64,000 nucleotides of DNA from Candidatus Magasanikiibacteriota bacterium (GCA_026396515.1 JAPLWQ010000001.1:64564-128563), one strand, 5' to 3'. Shown: positions 8,657 to 17,302, counted from the first letter of the stretch. Translations and numbers: made by a program. Notes: generated from the sequence alone by a model not told the origin.

Positions 8657-10078
8657 ATGAAGATTTGTCCAAGGGCGGAGGACTTTTCAAAGTGGTATTT
8701 AGACGTTATTTCCGCCGCCGACCTTGCTGAACATGCGCCGGTCCGGGGGTGTATGATTATCAAACCCTGCGGATATGCGCTTTGGGAAATGATTCAATCC
8801 GTCCTCGATTCCATGATCAAGGATATTGGCGTGCAGAACGCGTATTTTCCCTTACTCATTCCTGAAGAGTTTTTTAAGCGAGAAGCGGAACATGTAGAGG
8901 GCTTTTCTCCGGAACTGGCGGTGGTAACGCATGCCGGCGGCAAAAAGCTGGAAGAGCCTTTGGTTATCCGGCCCACTTCGGAGACGATCATTTATGATGC
9001 GTTTTCCAGGTGGATTCAGTCTTACCGCGATCTCCCGATGACAATAAATCAGTGGGCGAATGTGGTCAGATGGGAATTGAGACCGAGGTTGTTTTTGAGA
9101 ACAACTGAATTTTTGTGGCAGGAGGGCCATACGGCGCATGCCACCAAGGAAGAGTCCGAAGCATACGCCCTGATGATTTTGTATAAGCTTTATGAAAGAT
9201 TGGCCGAGGACTATTTGGCTATGCCGGTATTAACCGGCGTCAAGTCCGAAAGTGAAAAATTTGCCGGCGCTTTCCGTACCTATTGTATTGAAGCATTGAT
9301 GCAGGACGGAAAATCACTGCAGGCCGGAACGAGCCATGACATGTCCGACAATTTTTCCAAACCGTTTAATGTTATGTACCTGAATGACGAGGGCAAAAAA
9401 ACCTATGTTTATCAAACCAGTTGGGGAGTGAGCACTCGCATAATAGGGGCGTTGATAATGTCTCATAGTGATGATAAGGGGTTGGTTCTTCCGCCAAAGA
9501 TTGCACCGGTTCAAGTGGTTATTACGCCGATCTCAAAATCGCAAGACGATCAGGTTGCAATCAAATCGAGGGAGTTAAAAGAAAGACTCAAAAATTTTCG
9601 AACAAACTTGGATAGCCGGGATCTCCGCCCGGGAGAAAAATATTACGAATGGGAGAAGAAGGGGATTCCCGTTCGAATTGAGCTTGGCCCGAAAGATCTG
9701 GAAAAAAATTCTTGCGTCCTGGTCCGCCGCGATACAAGTGAAAAGATTATTTGTTCTCTTGATGAAGTTGAAACGCGCGTAGGCGACTTACTCAAGGATA
9801 TCCAGGATTCTTTATTCAAAAAAGCTTTAGCTCGCCGTGAAGAAACAAATCAAAATGTTGAAGATTGGGATGGGTTGGAAAAGGCCGTTGAAAAAGGCGG
9901 TTATGTATATGCCTTTTGGTGCGGAGGAGATAAATGCGAGTTAAAAATTAAGGAACAGTTGAAGGCAACGACCCGCTGCCTGCCGTTTGACCAGCCGGAC
10001 GAAGCGGGGGAGCATAAATGCGTTTGCTGCGGCAAGAAAGCTCCGGGAAAACGATGGGCTATCGCAAAAGCTTATTAA
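8657..10078 (+). CDS. proS: proline--tRNA ligase, archaeal/eukaryotic-type (class II, C-terminal Zn-binding domain)
   Basis: FSKWY N-terminus, class II motifs and the C-terminal CVCCGKKAPG...AKAY tail characteristic of archaeal-type ProRS. The start is moved to an ATG 42 nt inside the track ORF. Confidence 0.85.
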   Translation: MKICPRAEDFSKWYLDVISAADLAEHAPVRGCMIIKPCGYALWEMIQSVLDSMIKDIGVQNAYFPLLIPEEFFKREAEHVEGFSPELAVVTHAGGKKLEEPLVIRPTSETIIYDAFSRWIQSYRDLPMTINQWANVVRWELRPRLFLRTTEFLWQEGHTAHATKEESEAYALMILYKLYERLAEDYLAMPVLTGVKSESEKFAGAFRTYCIEALMQDGKSLQAGTSHDMSDNFSKPFNVMYLNDEGKKTYVYQTSWGVSTRIIGALIMSHSDDKGLVLPPKIAPVQVVITPISKSQDDQVAIKSRELKERLKNFRTNLDSRDLRPGEKYYEWEKKGIPVRIELGPKDLEKNSCVLVRRDTSEKIICSLDEVETRVGDLLKDIQDSLFKKALARREETNQNVEDWDGLEKAVEKGGYVYAFWCGGDKCELKIKEQLKATTRCLPFDQPDEAGEHKCVCCGKKAPGKRWAIAKAY

Positions 10079-10120
10079 TTTTTTTGGCAGAGGAATTTTA
10101 CAATTGAATTTAAAAAGAAT

Positions 10121-10152
10121 AAATCAGCACTTTTGTGCTGATTTATTTTTGT
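10121..10152 (+). terminator. Rho-independent terminator after proS
   Basis: atcagcac-tttt-gtgctgat followed by a T-run. Confidence 0.65.
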
Positions 10153-10189
10153 TAGGCTATTATTCTTTCACTGGAAAAGATCTCTTTGA

Positions 10190-10378
10190 TTACGGCTTCT
10201 TCTGGAAGAATTTTAAGTAAACAATCGGCAAAATACCCACAGTGTTCAGTAGCAAAATGGCAACAAACCACCCAATTTGATTATTTCTTCCGGATTTCCA
10301 CAGAGCGATACCTTTCCAAGTCGCCTCCCAAATAATTAAAGGGATTAGCCAAAATAAAATTGATGTTTCAAATATCAT
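10190..10378 (-). CDS. small membrane protein (PLDc_N/cardiolipin-synthase-N-like, 62 aa)
   Basis: Two TM helices; WFVAILLLNTVGILPIVYLKFF resembles the PLD N-terminal domain family. Confidence 0.4.
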   Translation of the reverse strand: MIFETSILFWLIPLIIWEATWKGIALWKSGRNNQIGWFVAILLLNTVGILPIVYLKFFQKKP

Positions 10379-10517
10379 ACAGTATATGGTAATTGATAAT
10401 TATTTAATGTCATCTTTTGATGCGATAGCTAAAATTATAACGATTATGATTAAAACTATAAAACCTATGATAAGAATCCCCATATTAATCATGGCAATAT
10501 TTTTATAAGTAATAATT

Positions 10518-10572
10518 AAATATTATCACCGATCAGATAAAAAAACAACGACATCTCTGCCGGTGTTTTAGT
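10518..10572 (+). repeat. copy 1 (truncated, degenerate hairpin) of the repeated intergenic element
   Basis: aatattatcaccgatcagataaaaaaacaacgacatctctgccgg aligns with the other copies. Confidence 0.6.
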
Positions 10573-10592
10573 AAGTAAAATTTATGATGTGT

Positions 10593-10889
10593 CTAATCAT
10601 TGATAAATAGGCTGTGCAATAGAAGAAAAAGGATAGTCAGCAATCCGATAATGACTGATGCGTAGACCAAAGCGGACGATTCTTTACTCTTTCGTATAGC
10701 GATTATCCCTAATATAAAAGCGGCAATACTTAAAATAAACACAGTTACGGTTACATCCCACCAAGTATCATCAAAAGACAGTACTCGAAGTACTTTGACC
10801 AAAAAATTTGAAGTGGCAATTACTATTAAGAAAAAAGTGTTTAAGCCCACTGACCATCTGCCTAAAGTTGTTAGCGGTTTTAGCTTCAT
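10593..10889 (-). CDS. hypothetical membrane protein (98 aa, 3 TM)
   Basis: ORF with hydrophobic helices, lying between element copies 1 and 2. Confidence 0.4.
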   Translation of the reverse strand: MKLKPLTTLGRWSVGLNTFFLIVIATSNFLVKVLRVLSFDDTWWDVTVTVFILSIAAFILGIIAIRKSKESSALVYASVIIGLLTILFLLLHSLFIND

Positions 10890-10930
10890 ATTGTTTTGTA
10901 CCTTAAGATTGAAGGATATATAACGTTAAT

Positions 10931-11100
10931 CAATATTACCACTGACCCCATACAAAAACAACAGCATCTCTGCCGTTATTTTAGTAGACCACTGTATTCA
11001 GAGTTTAAACCCTTTGGTAGGGGATTTGAGACGGTGGATGGAGGGAATACCCTTACTTAATACCCTGTAGGAGGTTCACAACGTTCACTTGTTCATTTGG
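10931..11100 (+). repeat. copy 2 of the repeated element (hairpin terminator plus conserved ~140-nt module; lacks the catatatattatacc segment)
   Basis: Aligns with copies 4, 5 and 6 (gtagaccactgta...ggatttgagacggtgg...ccctgtaggaggttcac). Confidence 0.7.
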
Positions 11101-11110
11101 AGTTTGTCGG

Positions 11111-12088
11111 TTATCCAAGCGGAATAACGATCGCGGGGCGCGCCCCCTGCCTCGGAGCCCGACTGTCCGTGTCACTCCATCCCACCCCGACCTGACGACC
11201 CCTCGGATTCCAGCGAGCGTACACGCACCCACCGGGCGCGCGAGAGTCAATCAACCATGTCAAATTGGATTGATCCGCGTCATCATTGTAAGCGTCAAAG
11301 GAGTGGTCTTCGTTAATTTCAGCTTCTTTTCTTTGGAGGATGTAGTATTCAGGTAAGGTAAGGCCGTTCAGATTTTTGTCTTTAAGGTATTGTTTGGCTT
11401 CAGGGAAAGTAAGGTTTTTAGTTTCTTGGGAAATTGGTTTGGATGAATAGAAAAGAAGATAACCGTTTATTCTTTTTACCTGGGCTGATTCAGTGAGAGA
11501 ATGTTTTTTAGCGATAGGGCCTTCCAGATAAGATTCATTGGAATAGTTGTCCGCTTCGTCTCTGAAGGTGAAAGCATGCAGTGGCTTGTCAGCCAGTTCG
11601 TGCTTTAATTTGGAGATACCGACTTTGTTGAGCTGGGTTACAAGGTCAGGCATAAGAATGGCTTTGTCCAAGCCCTGTTCCAAGGCTTCGCGACAACGGG
11701 CCAGAGATGCTTCAGATAGGGCAAGGGTTTCGGGAAGAGCATCAGAGAATTCGGGGAGGTTATATTTATTAAATATCGCCTTTGAACCGTTTAAGACAAT
11801 GGATAAATCAATGAACACTTCTTTCCCTTCAGGATTAGTAGCAGTGATAATGTTCGGATCTGAAGGAGCTTCAGGTGATGGCCCGTTTTTTTTTATCTTT
11901 TCAAACTCTTCCAGGTATTCTTCATACAGCCGGATGGCGAGCATTGTATCTTCATCCATTTCAGCGGCTTTGGCTCTTTTCAGGATATCAATAAGGCGGG
12001 CATTGTCTCTGGGAGATAATACTGTTTCAGGTTGTTTTTCTTGTTTAGGGGATATATCACCAGGATTGACTTTGGCGAATTCGGACAT
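11111..12088 (-). CDS. hypothetical protein (325 aa); the C-terminal ~50 aa are read from a 160-bp high-GC insert
   Basis: ORF. The C-terminal extension (TWLIDSRAPGGCVYARW...) is encoded by the ~70% GC patch 11105-11265 and may be a read-through artefact. Confidence 0.45.
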   Translation of the reverse strand: MSEFAKVNPGDISPKQEKQPETVLSPRDNARLIDILKRAKAAEMDEDTMLAIRLYEEYLEEFEKIKKNGPSPEAPSDPNIITATNPEGKEVFIDLSIVLNGSKAIFNKYNLPEFSDALPETLALSEASLARCREALEQGLDKAILMPDLVTQLNKVGISKLKHELADKPLHAFTFRDEADNYSNESYLEGPIAKKHSLTESAQVKRINGYLLFYSSKPISQETKNLTFPEAKQYLKDKNLNGLTLPEYYILQRKEAEINEDHSFDAYNDDADQSNLTWLIDSRAPGGCVYARWNPRGRQVGVGWSDTDSRAPRQGARPAIVIPLG

Positions 12089-12111
12089 ATTTATATTTAG
12101 AAAACTCTAAT

Positions 12112-12170
12112 AAATATTATCATTGTCTTGGTAAAAAAACAACGGCATCTCTGCCGTTATTTTTTTATAC
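12112..12170 (+). repeat. copy 3 (terminator-only) of the repeated element: perfect 7-bp hairpin aacggca-tctc-tgccgtt flanked by A7 and T9
   Basis: Bidirectional intrinsic terminator. It serves the - strand gene 12224..12865. Confidence 0.7.
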
Positions 12171-12223
12171 TGTCTTATTACGTTGGCCCCACAAGAAGAA
12201 TACCAAATTGATAAGCGCCAGTA

Positions 12224-12865
12224 TTATAGCATTGCTTCTTCGTCTTCCCGGTATTGTCTTTCCGCTTTCGCGTCGGCAATTTCCATTTCCCTCCATTTTT
12301 TCTCCTTTTCTTCATATTCTTCCCTTTCAATAGCACTTTTTGAAATTGATTCAGCCAGTTCATCGGCTTCCTCCGACTCGATTCCGAATGCTGATAAATA
12401 ATAATCCCGGAAAGCGTCTTTTCCGATCAATTTACATAGTTCGATTCGTTCATTGTGAATTTGCTGTTCCAATTTTTGCCATTCATAATAAACGGTCTCC
12501 CATTTTTCCTTATCACGCTCCATTTCTTCAATTTCCTGTTTGATTTTATCGACCTGCGCCCGGGTATGCAATTTTTCTTCCAAGTGGTCCAAATCCACTT
12601 CGCGTTCGACTATTTCGTCTTCGATATAGTTGCCCAGGTCGCCGTATGAATTACCGTATTTTTCGCATAATTTGCTCAAATAATTATCGAACTCGTCGCA
12701 TTTTGCTTCGATTTCCGGCAGAGAATTTTTTAGGAATTCAATCCGCTTGTCTTTTTCGCGCTGGAGGCGGGCGCTTTCAAAGCGTTCATGACTGATGACA
12801 TTTGTTACCTTTTTTTCGGGCGGCTTTATTTGCTGTTCGGATATTGGTGATTTTTCCGGAGGCAT
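12224..12865 (-). CDS. hypothetical Glu/Lys-rich coiled-coil protein (213 aa)
   Basis: ORF with a strong heptad-like charged composition. Confidence 0.45.
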   Translation of the reverse strand: MPPEKSPISEQQIKPPEKKVTNVISHERFESARLQREKDKRIEFLKNSLPEIEAKCDEFDNYLSKLCEKYGNSYGDLGNYIEDEIVEREVDLDHLEEKLHTRAQVDKIKQEIEEMERDKEKWETVYYEWQKLEQQIHNERIELCKLIGKDAFRDYYLSAFGIESEEADELAESISKSAIEREEYEEKEKKWREMEIADAKAERQYREDEEAML

Positions 12866-12900
12866 ATTTATGTGATTATTTTGCAGTTTATTAATATTTT

Positions 12901-13036
12901 AATATTATCACCGACCAGATAAAAAAACAACGGCATCTCTGCCGTTATTTTGGTACATATATATTATACCAGTAGACCACTGTGCTCAGAATTCAAACCC
13001 CATTATGCTAGATTTGAGGCGGTGGTGGAAGGGGAT
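12901..13036 (+). repeat. copy 4 of the repeated element
   Basis: Hairpin at 12929-12946 plus the conserved module up to ggcggtggtggaagggg. Confidence 0.7.
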
Positions 13037-13105
13037 TATTACTTTGGCCGATGCTTGACAAATTTGTTTTTTCATGCTTAAATACAGTGTTCTTTTGCAA
13101 AAACA

Positions 13106-13159
13106 GCGGAAAACCGCTCTAGCATCGGCTCCGACAGGGAGCCAAGGTACGGGGGTAAA
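13106..13159 (+). promoter_or_regulatory. conserved structured 5' leader (two hairpins plus SD), copy A, upstream of the 61-aa membrane protein gene
   Basis: gcgg-aaaa-ccgc hairpin, then ggctcc-gaca-gggagcc hairpin, then SD. The homologous copy at 13748..13805 shows compensatory base changes. Confidence 0.5.
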
Positions 13160-13345
13160 ATGCGTGCATTCATCATCGCGCTCCATATTTTTATGTTTTT
13201 GTTCCTCTCGGTGATTCCTCTCGGCGGTATGTTGGCCGGTGCCAATAAATTGAGCTGTTTGGTTCTCTGGGCGTTTTTTACGTTGGTAGTCTGGCTATCG
13301 TACAAATTGTTGATAGCCAAGGCCAGAAAATATATGATCTTTTAA
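13160..13345 (+). CDS. small membrane protein (61 aa)
   Basis: SD gggggtaaaATG; two hydrophobic helices. Confidence 0.4.
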   Translation: MRAFIIALHIFMFLFLSVIPLGGMLAGANKLSCLVLWAFFTLVVWLSYKLLIAKARKYMIF

Positions 13346-13473
13346 CGATTGGAAGAACTGAAGAAAAATTGCATCACGCCCCGAGGTAGTCGTCCGTCAT
13401 CTCTTTCTCACCCTGCCTATTCAGCGTCTCCGGCGAACACGCTTCCAAAGTTCGCTAATCGAAAGGAGGTTTG

Positions 13474-13617
13474 ATGGAAATCGACGACAGGACGTATCGT
13501 CAACTCGACCGCATCGCGAAGGCGCGCCTTCCCTATGTGGTCGCGCTCGCCGTGTTCTACACGGTCAAATCTTTCTTCGAGAGACTGCGTCGGAGGAAAA
13601 CGGCTCAGACGATCTAA
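13474..13617 (+). CDS. small protein (47 aa), not in the ORF track
   Basis: Strong SD aaaggaggtttgATG. Flanked by two copies (13421.., 13652..) of the repeat gcgtctccggcgaacacgcttccaaagttcgc. Confidence 0.3.
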   Translation: MEIDDRTYRQLDRIAKARLPYVVALAVFYTVKSFFERLRRRKTAQTI

Positions 13618-13747
13618 CATCGGTCGTAGGAACTACTCAGTTCTTTCCACACAAGCGTCTCCGGCGAACACGCTTCCAAAGTTCGCCACCCCATTTGAGT
13701 TCGGAATTATTTCTGGTTTCAAATGGAGAAATGGTTCTATAAAAATA

Positions 13748-13805
13748 CGCGGGAAACCGCCTCTACAGCCGACTCCAACGGGGAGTCGTGGTATGGAGGA
13801 GATAA
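13748..13805 (+). promoter_or_regulatory. conserved structured 5' leader, copy B, upstream of the 186-aa membrane protein gene
   Basis: gcgg-gaaa-ccgc hairpin, then cgactcc-aacgg-ggagtcg hairpin, then SD ggagga. The stems covary with copy A. Confidence 0.5.
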
Positions 13806-14366
13806 ATGAAGGGAATGCTGTCAGTCGCTGCTGGCGTACTGTTCGTCATCGCTTTCATTCCGTACATCCGCTCTATTTTGCGGAAAGAGACGAAGCCTGC
13901 TAAGGCGTCCTGGATCATCTGGGCGAGTCTCGACTATCTGGTGTTCGCAGGCATGCTCGCCGAACACACGGTCAATGGTCAGATACTTGGCGCAGTGGTC
14001 GGTGCAACAACCGTTATCGGCCTGGCCATAAAGTTCGGCACACCGGGCTGGACGAATTTGGACAAATTCTGCCTCGGCGGAGCTGTCCTCGGCATCGCAC
14101 TGTGGAAAGTGTTTGGCAACCCCACCTTTGGCATCGTTACGGCTTGCACCGTGGCATTTCTCGGTTCCATTCCGACATTTGTATCTGCCTGGAAAGACCC
14201 GAGCCGTGAAAACAAACTGGCGTGGACGATTTTCTGGGTCTCGTGCGTGTGTGCGGTTATCGCAATTCCGCACTGGACATTAGCGGATGCCGCTCAACCG
14301 ATAGCGTTCTTTGCAATCGAAAGCACGATGATGTGCATTCTGCTCATTCGCCCTTATATCAAGTAA
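13806..14366 (+). CDS. polytopic membrane protein (186 aa, ~6 TM), high GC
   Basis: ORF with a strong SD. The antisense ORFs 13821..14273 and 13979..14215 are rejected. Confidence 0.5.
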   Translation: MKGMLSVAAGVLFVIAFIPYIRSILRKETKPAKASWIIWASLDYLVFAGMLAEHTVNGQILGAVVGATTVIGLAIKFGTPGWTNLDKFCLGGAVLGIALWKVFGNPTFGIVTACTVAFLGSIPTFVSAWKDPSRENKLAWTIFWVSCVCAVIAIPHWTLADAAQPIAFFAIESTMMCILLIRPYIK

Positions 14367-14367
14367 C

Positions 14368-14427
14368 CCACCTGCCCATCCCGGGCAAACTGACTCCGTG
14401 TTATCCACGGGGTTTTTCTTTTGTACG
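14368..14427 (+). terminator. conserved 3' flank plus intrinsic terminator, copy 1 of 3
   Basis: cccatcccgggcaaactgactccgtgttatccacggggtttttctttt: hairpin ccgtg-n5-cacgg followed by a T-run. Confidence 0.6.
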
Positions 14428-14514
14428 GCGGAGCGATTGACAAACCATAAGGTTTTTGCTACGGTTTACGGTGGTTTGTTATCACAACTAATGCAATGCA
14501 ACAAGGAGGGCACA

Positions 14515-14865
14515 ATGCAGCTGAGTACGGAACAACTGGCCAAGTACATCGGTGGTGATATGGAGATTCAGAATCCGGGGGAGGATTACCTCTTCCGCGG
14601 TCTGATCGAGCACGTCGAAGTAGAGGGTGAAGACGTGAAAGTGCGCTTCAAGTGGCTCGCCAAGAATGACGGCGGGCCCAATAGACCCACGTCCACCTGG
14701 ACCAAGGACAACCGGCTCGACTACGCCGCGAACGTCGGGATCTACTCGGCCTCGGACATCGGGATGGGGCGCCTCTGCCTCAATTCTCCCATCGTCGGCG
14801 AAACGGTGGTCCTGTTCCCACCGGATGGAAGTCGCCTCGACCCGGCGCGCGTCAAGGGTCTCTAG
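14515..14865 (+). CDS. hypothetical protein (116 aa), high GC
   Basis: SD aggagggcacaATG. The track ORF began upstream, inside the terminator. Confidence 0.45.
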   Translation: MQLSTEQLAKYIGGDMEIQNPGEDYLFRGLIEHVEVEGEDVKVRFKWLAKNDGGPNRPTSTWTKDNRLDYAANVGIYSASDIGMGRLCLNSPIVGETVVLFPPDGSRLDPARVKGL

Positions 14866-14921
14866 ACACCCAGCATCTTTGCATCATCTGCATTTTACAA
14901 CCGTTCCTTTTCAGTAACCTA

Positions 14922-14990
14922 TCTCTGCGCCCGTTCAGGGCAAACCAACTCCGTGCATCACACGGGGTTTTTCTTTTATCTTGACATTTG
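14922..14990 (+). terminator. conserved 3' flank plus intrinsic terminator, copy 2 of 3
   Basis: cagggcaaaccaactccgtgcatcacacggggtttttctttt. Confidence 0.6.
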
Positions 14991-15075
14991 GCTACCAACA
15001 TGTAATATGGACTTATCGTTCTATAAACAATTTGCCTTGCACAGTATGGGCAATAAAAGAAAGCGAGGGACAAAA

Positions 15076-15456
15076 ATGGCACGAAACAATATGGTTCCAC
15101 AGAAACCGCCCTCGCGGCCGTTACCGCTCGTAACTGGAGGCTTTTTTTATGGCCTCTTAGGATCCGGGGTCAGACATTGGTCCAGGGAATCAATGGCAAA
15201 ATTCGCAGAGGTAGTCAACAACGTGCGAGCAGCCGGTGTGGCTCAAATCATCGCGGAGATTGACCTGGCTCTTAACGATCAAGGACAAATAGTGTCGCAG
15301 TCACGCAAACGGCTCCTGATTCGCACCCAGAACATTCTCGATAATCTGGCTCTGCCTGGTGAACAACTCAAGTTGCGCCTCCCGGTTGAAATCGGACTTA
15401 CTGGTTTCTACACCATCAAGATCGTCCGCATTCCGGAAAAAAAGAAGGAGGCATAA
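15076..15456 (+). CDS. hypothetical protein (126 aa), high GC
   Basis: SD gagggacaaaaATG. Confidence 0.4.
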   Translation: MARNNMVPQKPPSRPLPLVTGGFFYGLLGSGVRHWSRESMAKFAEVVNNVRAAGVAQIIAEIDLALNDQGQIVSQSRKRLLIRTQNILDNLALPGEQLKLRLPVEIGLTGFYTIKIVRIPEKKKEA

Positions 15457-15467
15457 CCCCGCTGCTC

Positions 15468-15530
15468 TTTCCCATCTCGCCCATCCCGGGCAAACTGACT
15501 CCGTGTATCACACGGGGTTTTTCTTTTATA
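15468..15530 (+). terminator. conserved 3' flank plus intrinsic terminator, copy 3 of 3
   Basis: cccatcccgggcaaactgactccgtgtatcacacggggtttttctttt; followed immediately by element copy 5. Confidence 0.6.
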
Positions 15531-15705
15531 AAAAAACAACGGCATCTCTGCCGTTATTTTAGTACATATATATTATACCAGTAGACCACTGTACTCAGAC
15601 TTTAAACCCCATTATGCTGGATTTGAGACGGTGGAGAGAGGTTATACCCTTGCTTAATACCCTGTAGGAGGTTCACAATGTTCACAAGTTCACTAATTTT
15701 GTATG
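15530..15705 (+). repeat. copy 5 of the repeated element (full length)
   Basis: Hairpin at 15538-15555, conserved module, then taggaggttcacaATG and the tandem GTTCACAA repeats at 15671-15693. Confidence 0.7.
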
Positions 15706-15820
15706 CGTCAGAGCGCTGTGGAATAAGTTGATTTATCCGATATTTTCTTATATAATTAGGAAAGCTTCTGTGTATTTCAGGCAAAATATAGGAGATTATT
15801 TTATCAAGTATTAATATAAT

Positions 15821-17302
15821 ATGGGCAGGATTGCTTTAAAGGAAAAAGGAATCTATCGCTTTTCCGGAATTAGTGGCATTAAGCAATTGTATAATCACGT
15901 CATAAATTCATGGCGGCCAAAGGATGCCTATTGCATAGTTTCGGCTCCATTAGAATCTTTTAAAAAATTGGAGTCATTTTTTATTAAATCCGTTCATGCT
16001 AAAAGAATAAAAGATAGGGTAACGCTGAAGATGATTATCAATGGGAATGCTCAGCAGTATGGTTTAGTCAGGAAGACAATGCCTTTTACCCAAGTTAAGT
16101 TTTTAGACGTCGAGACGCCCGCCGAATATGGTGTTCTTAACGATTTATTATTTATAGTTAATTACGGTAAAAAACCTTATGGAATTTTAATCAAGGATGC
16201 CAGTCTGGCCGATACTTTCAATGAATATTTTAAAATATTGTGGCACCAGGGAAGAAAAATAGATATTCCGCCTTTGATCAAGACCAGCCTGTCGGTGAAA
16301 GAAATTGTTCACAAATATTTGGCGAAAAACCCCTTAATTGTGACCGATCCATACAATTATGACCAGATAAAAAAGAGTGGTTATTCGATTATTTGCATAC
16401 AGAATAATAACTACAGCAATGTCGTACGTATTCAGAACAAAATCAAAAAAGATAATCATAAAATAATTATTGGTTTGGGAGGCTGCACAGCGCTTGATGC
16501 CGCAAGGGCGTGCAGTAAAGAAAATTTGCCTTGTATTTTGATACCGACCATATTATCCACGGTTTGCATTAGCGTAAATAAATCCGTGCTTAATGTTGGC
16601 GGCGAAGTTAAGACTTTTAACACTGAATCTCCGCAAAAAATCATTCTCAGTGTACCGACTATCATGAGCACAAAGAGAACCGAAATAATTAGGTGGGCGC
16701 AAGCGGGTTTTGGGGATTTGTTTTCAAAAGTCGGCGCCTCAATTGACGTGGTTTATCGGGAATTGGAAAAAAGTAAGGATGTATTGTCGTTAGAAAAAGT
16801 TAGGCGAAATATCCCAGAAGTTTTTGATGCGATTGAATACGTGATTGAATATTTTAATGGATATAACAAAAGAGATATTGAAGCATTAGCGGTATTCTTA
16901 CATGAAGCCTCTGTTTCAATAATTATTCGAGATACATTTGAATTAAGTGGCGGCGCTGAGCATAATTTGGCTTATGTGCTTGAGAAAAAATATATCAAAC
17001 CAGGCATTAAACCCGAGCACGGCACTATCGTTTCTGTAGGAACACTGATTGAAACGAAATTGTTTGGAGAGGTAACCGGGGATAAGTCTCTGTATAATAA
17101 AATGAGGGTAATATATGAAAAAACTGGCTTACCGACGACTTACGAGAGTTTGGCCAAACTCGGCGTAAATAAAGAGAACTTGGTAAAGGGCATTAGGGAT
17201 ATAAGTAAATTGAACGCATTTATGAGTATGCACGCAAAACAGGCGATTGATTTGCTAGATGACATTTTTCAAAACAATGGTGCTAAATATGAAAAAAAAT
17301 AA
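15821..17302 (+). CDS. fusion protein: unknown N-terminal ~200 aa plus a glycerol-1-phosphate dehydrogenase/DHQ-synthase-like (Fe-ADH superfamily) domain
   Basis: IIIGLGGCTALDAARACSKENLPCILIPTILSTVCISVNKS matches the GGG..D.aK...p.i.iPTt.S.D fingerprint of G1PDH/AraM/DHQS-like enzymes. Confidence 0.5.
   Translation: MGRIALKEKGIYRFSGISGIKQLYNHVINSWRPKDAYCIVSAPLESFKKLESFFIKSVHAKRIKDRVTLKMIINGNAQQYGLVRKTMPFTQVKFLDVETPAEYGVLNDLLFIVNYGKKPYGILIKDASLADTFNEYFKILWHQGRKIDIPPLIKTSLSVKEIVHKYLAKNPLIVTDPYNYDQIKKSGYSIICIQNNNYSNVVRIQNKIKKDNHKIIIGLGGCTALDAARACSKENLPCILIPTILSTVCISVNKSVLNVGGEVKTFNTESPQKIILSVPTIMSTKRTEIIRWAQAGFGDLFSKVGASIDVVYRELEKSKDVLSLEKVRRNIPEVFDAIEYVIEYFNGYNKRDIEALAVFLHEASVSIIIRDTFELSGGAEHNLAYVLEKKYIKPGIKPEHGTIVSVGTLIETKLFGEVTGDKSLYNKMRVIYEKTGLPTTYESLAKLGVNKENLVKGIRDISKLNAFMSMHAKQAIDLLDDIFQNNGAKYEKK

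Noticed and set aside
10399-10491. 30-aa hydrophobic minus-strand mini-ORF (MINMGILIIGFIVLIIIVIILAIASKDDIK)
   Set aside because: It is plausible as a small membrane peptide, but it has no SD and no conservation evidence, and lies within AT-rich DNA where such ORFs arise by chance. Not reported as a feature.
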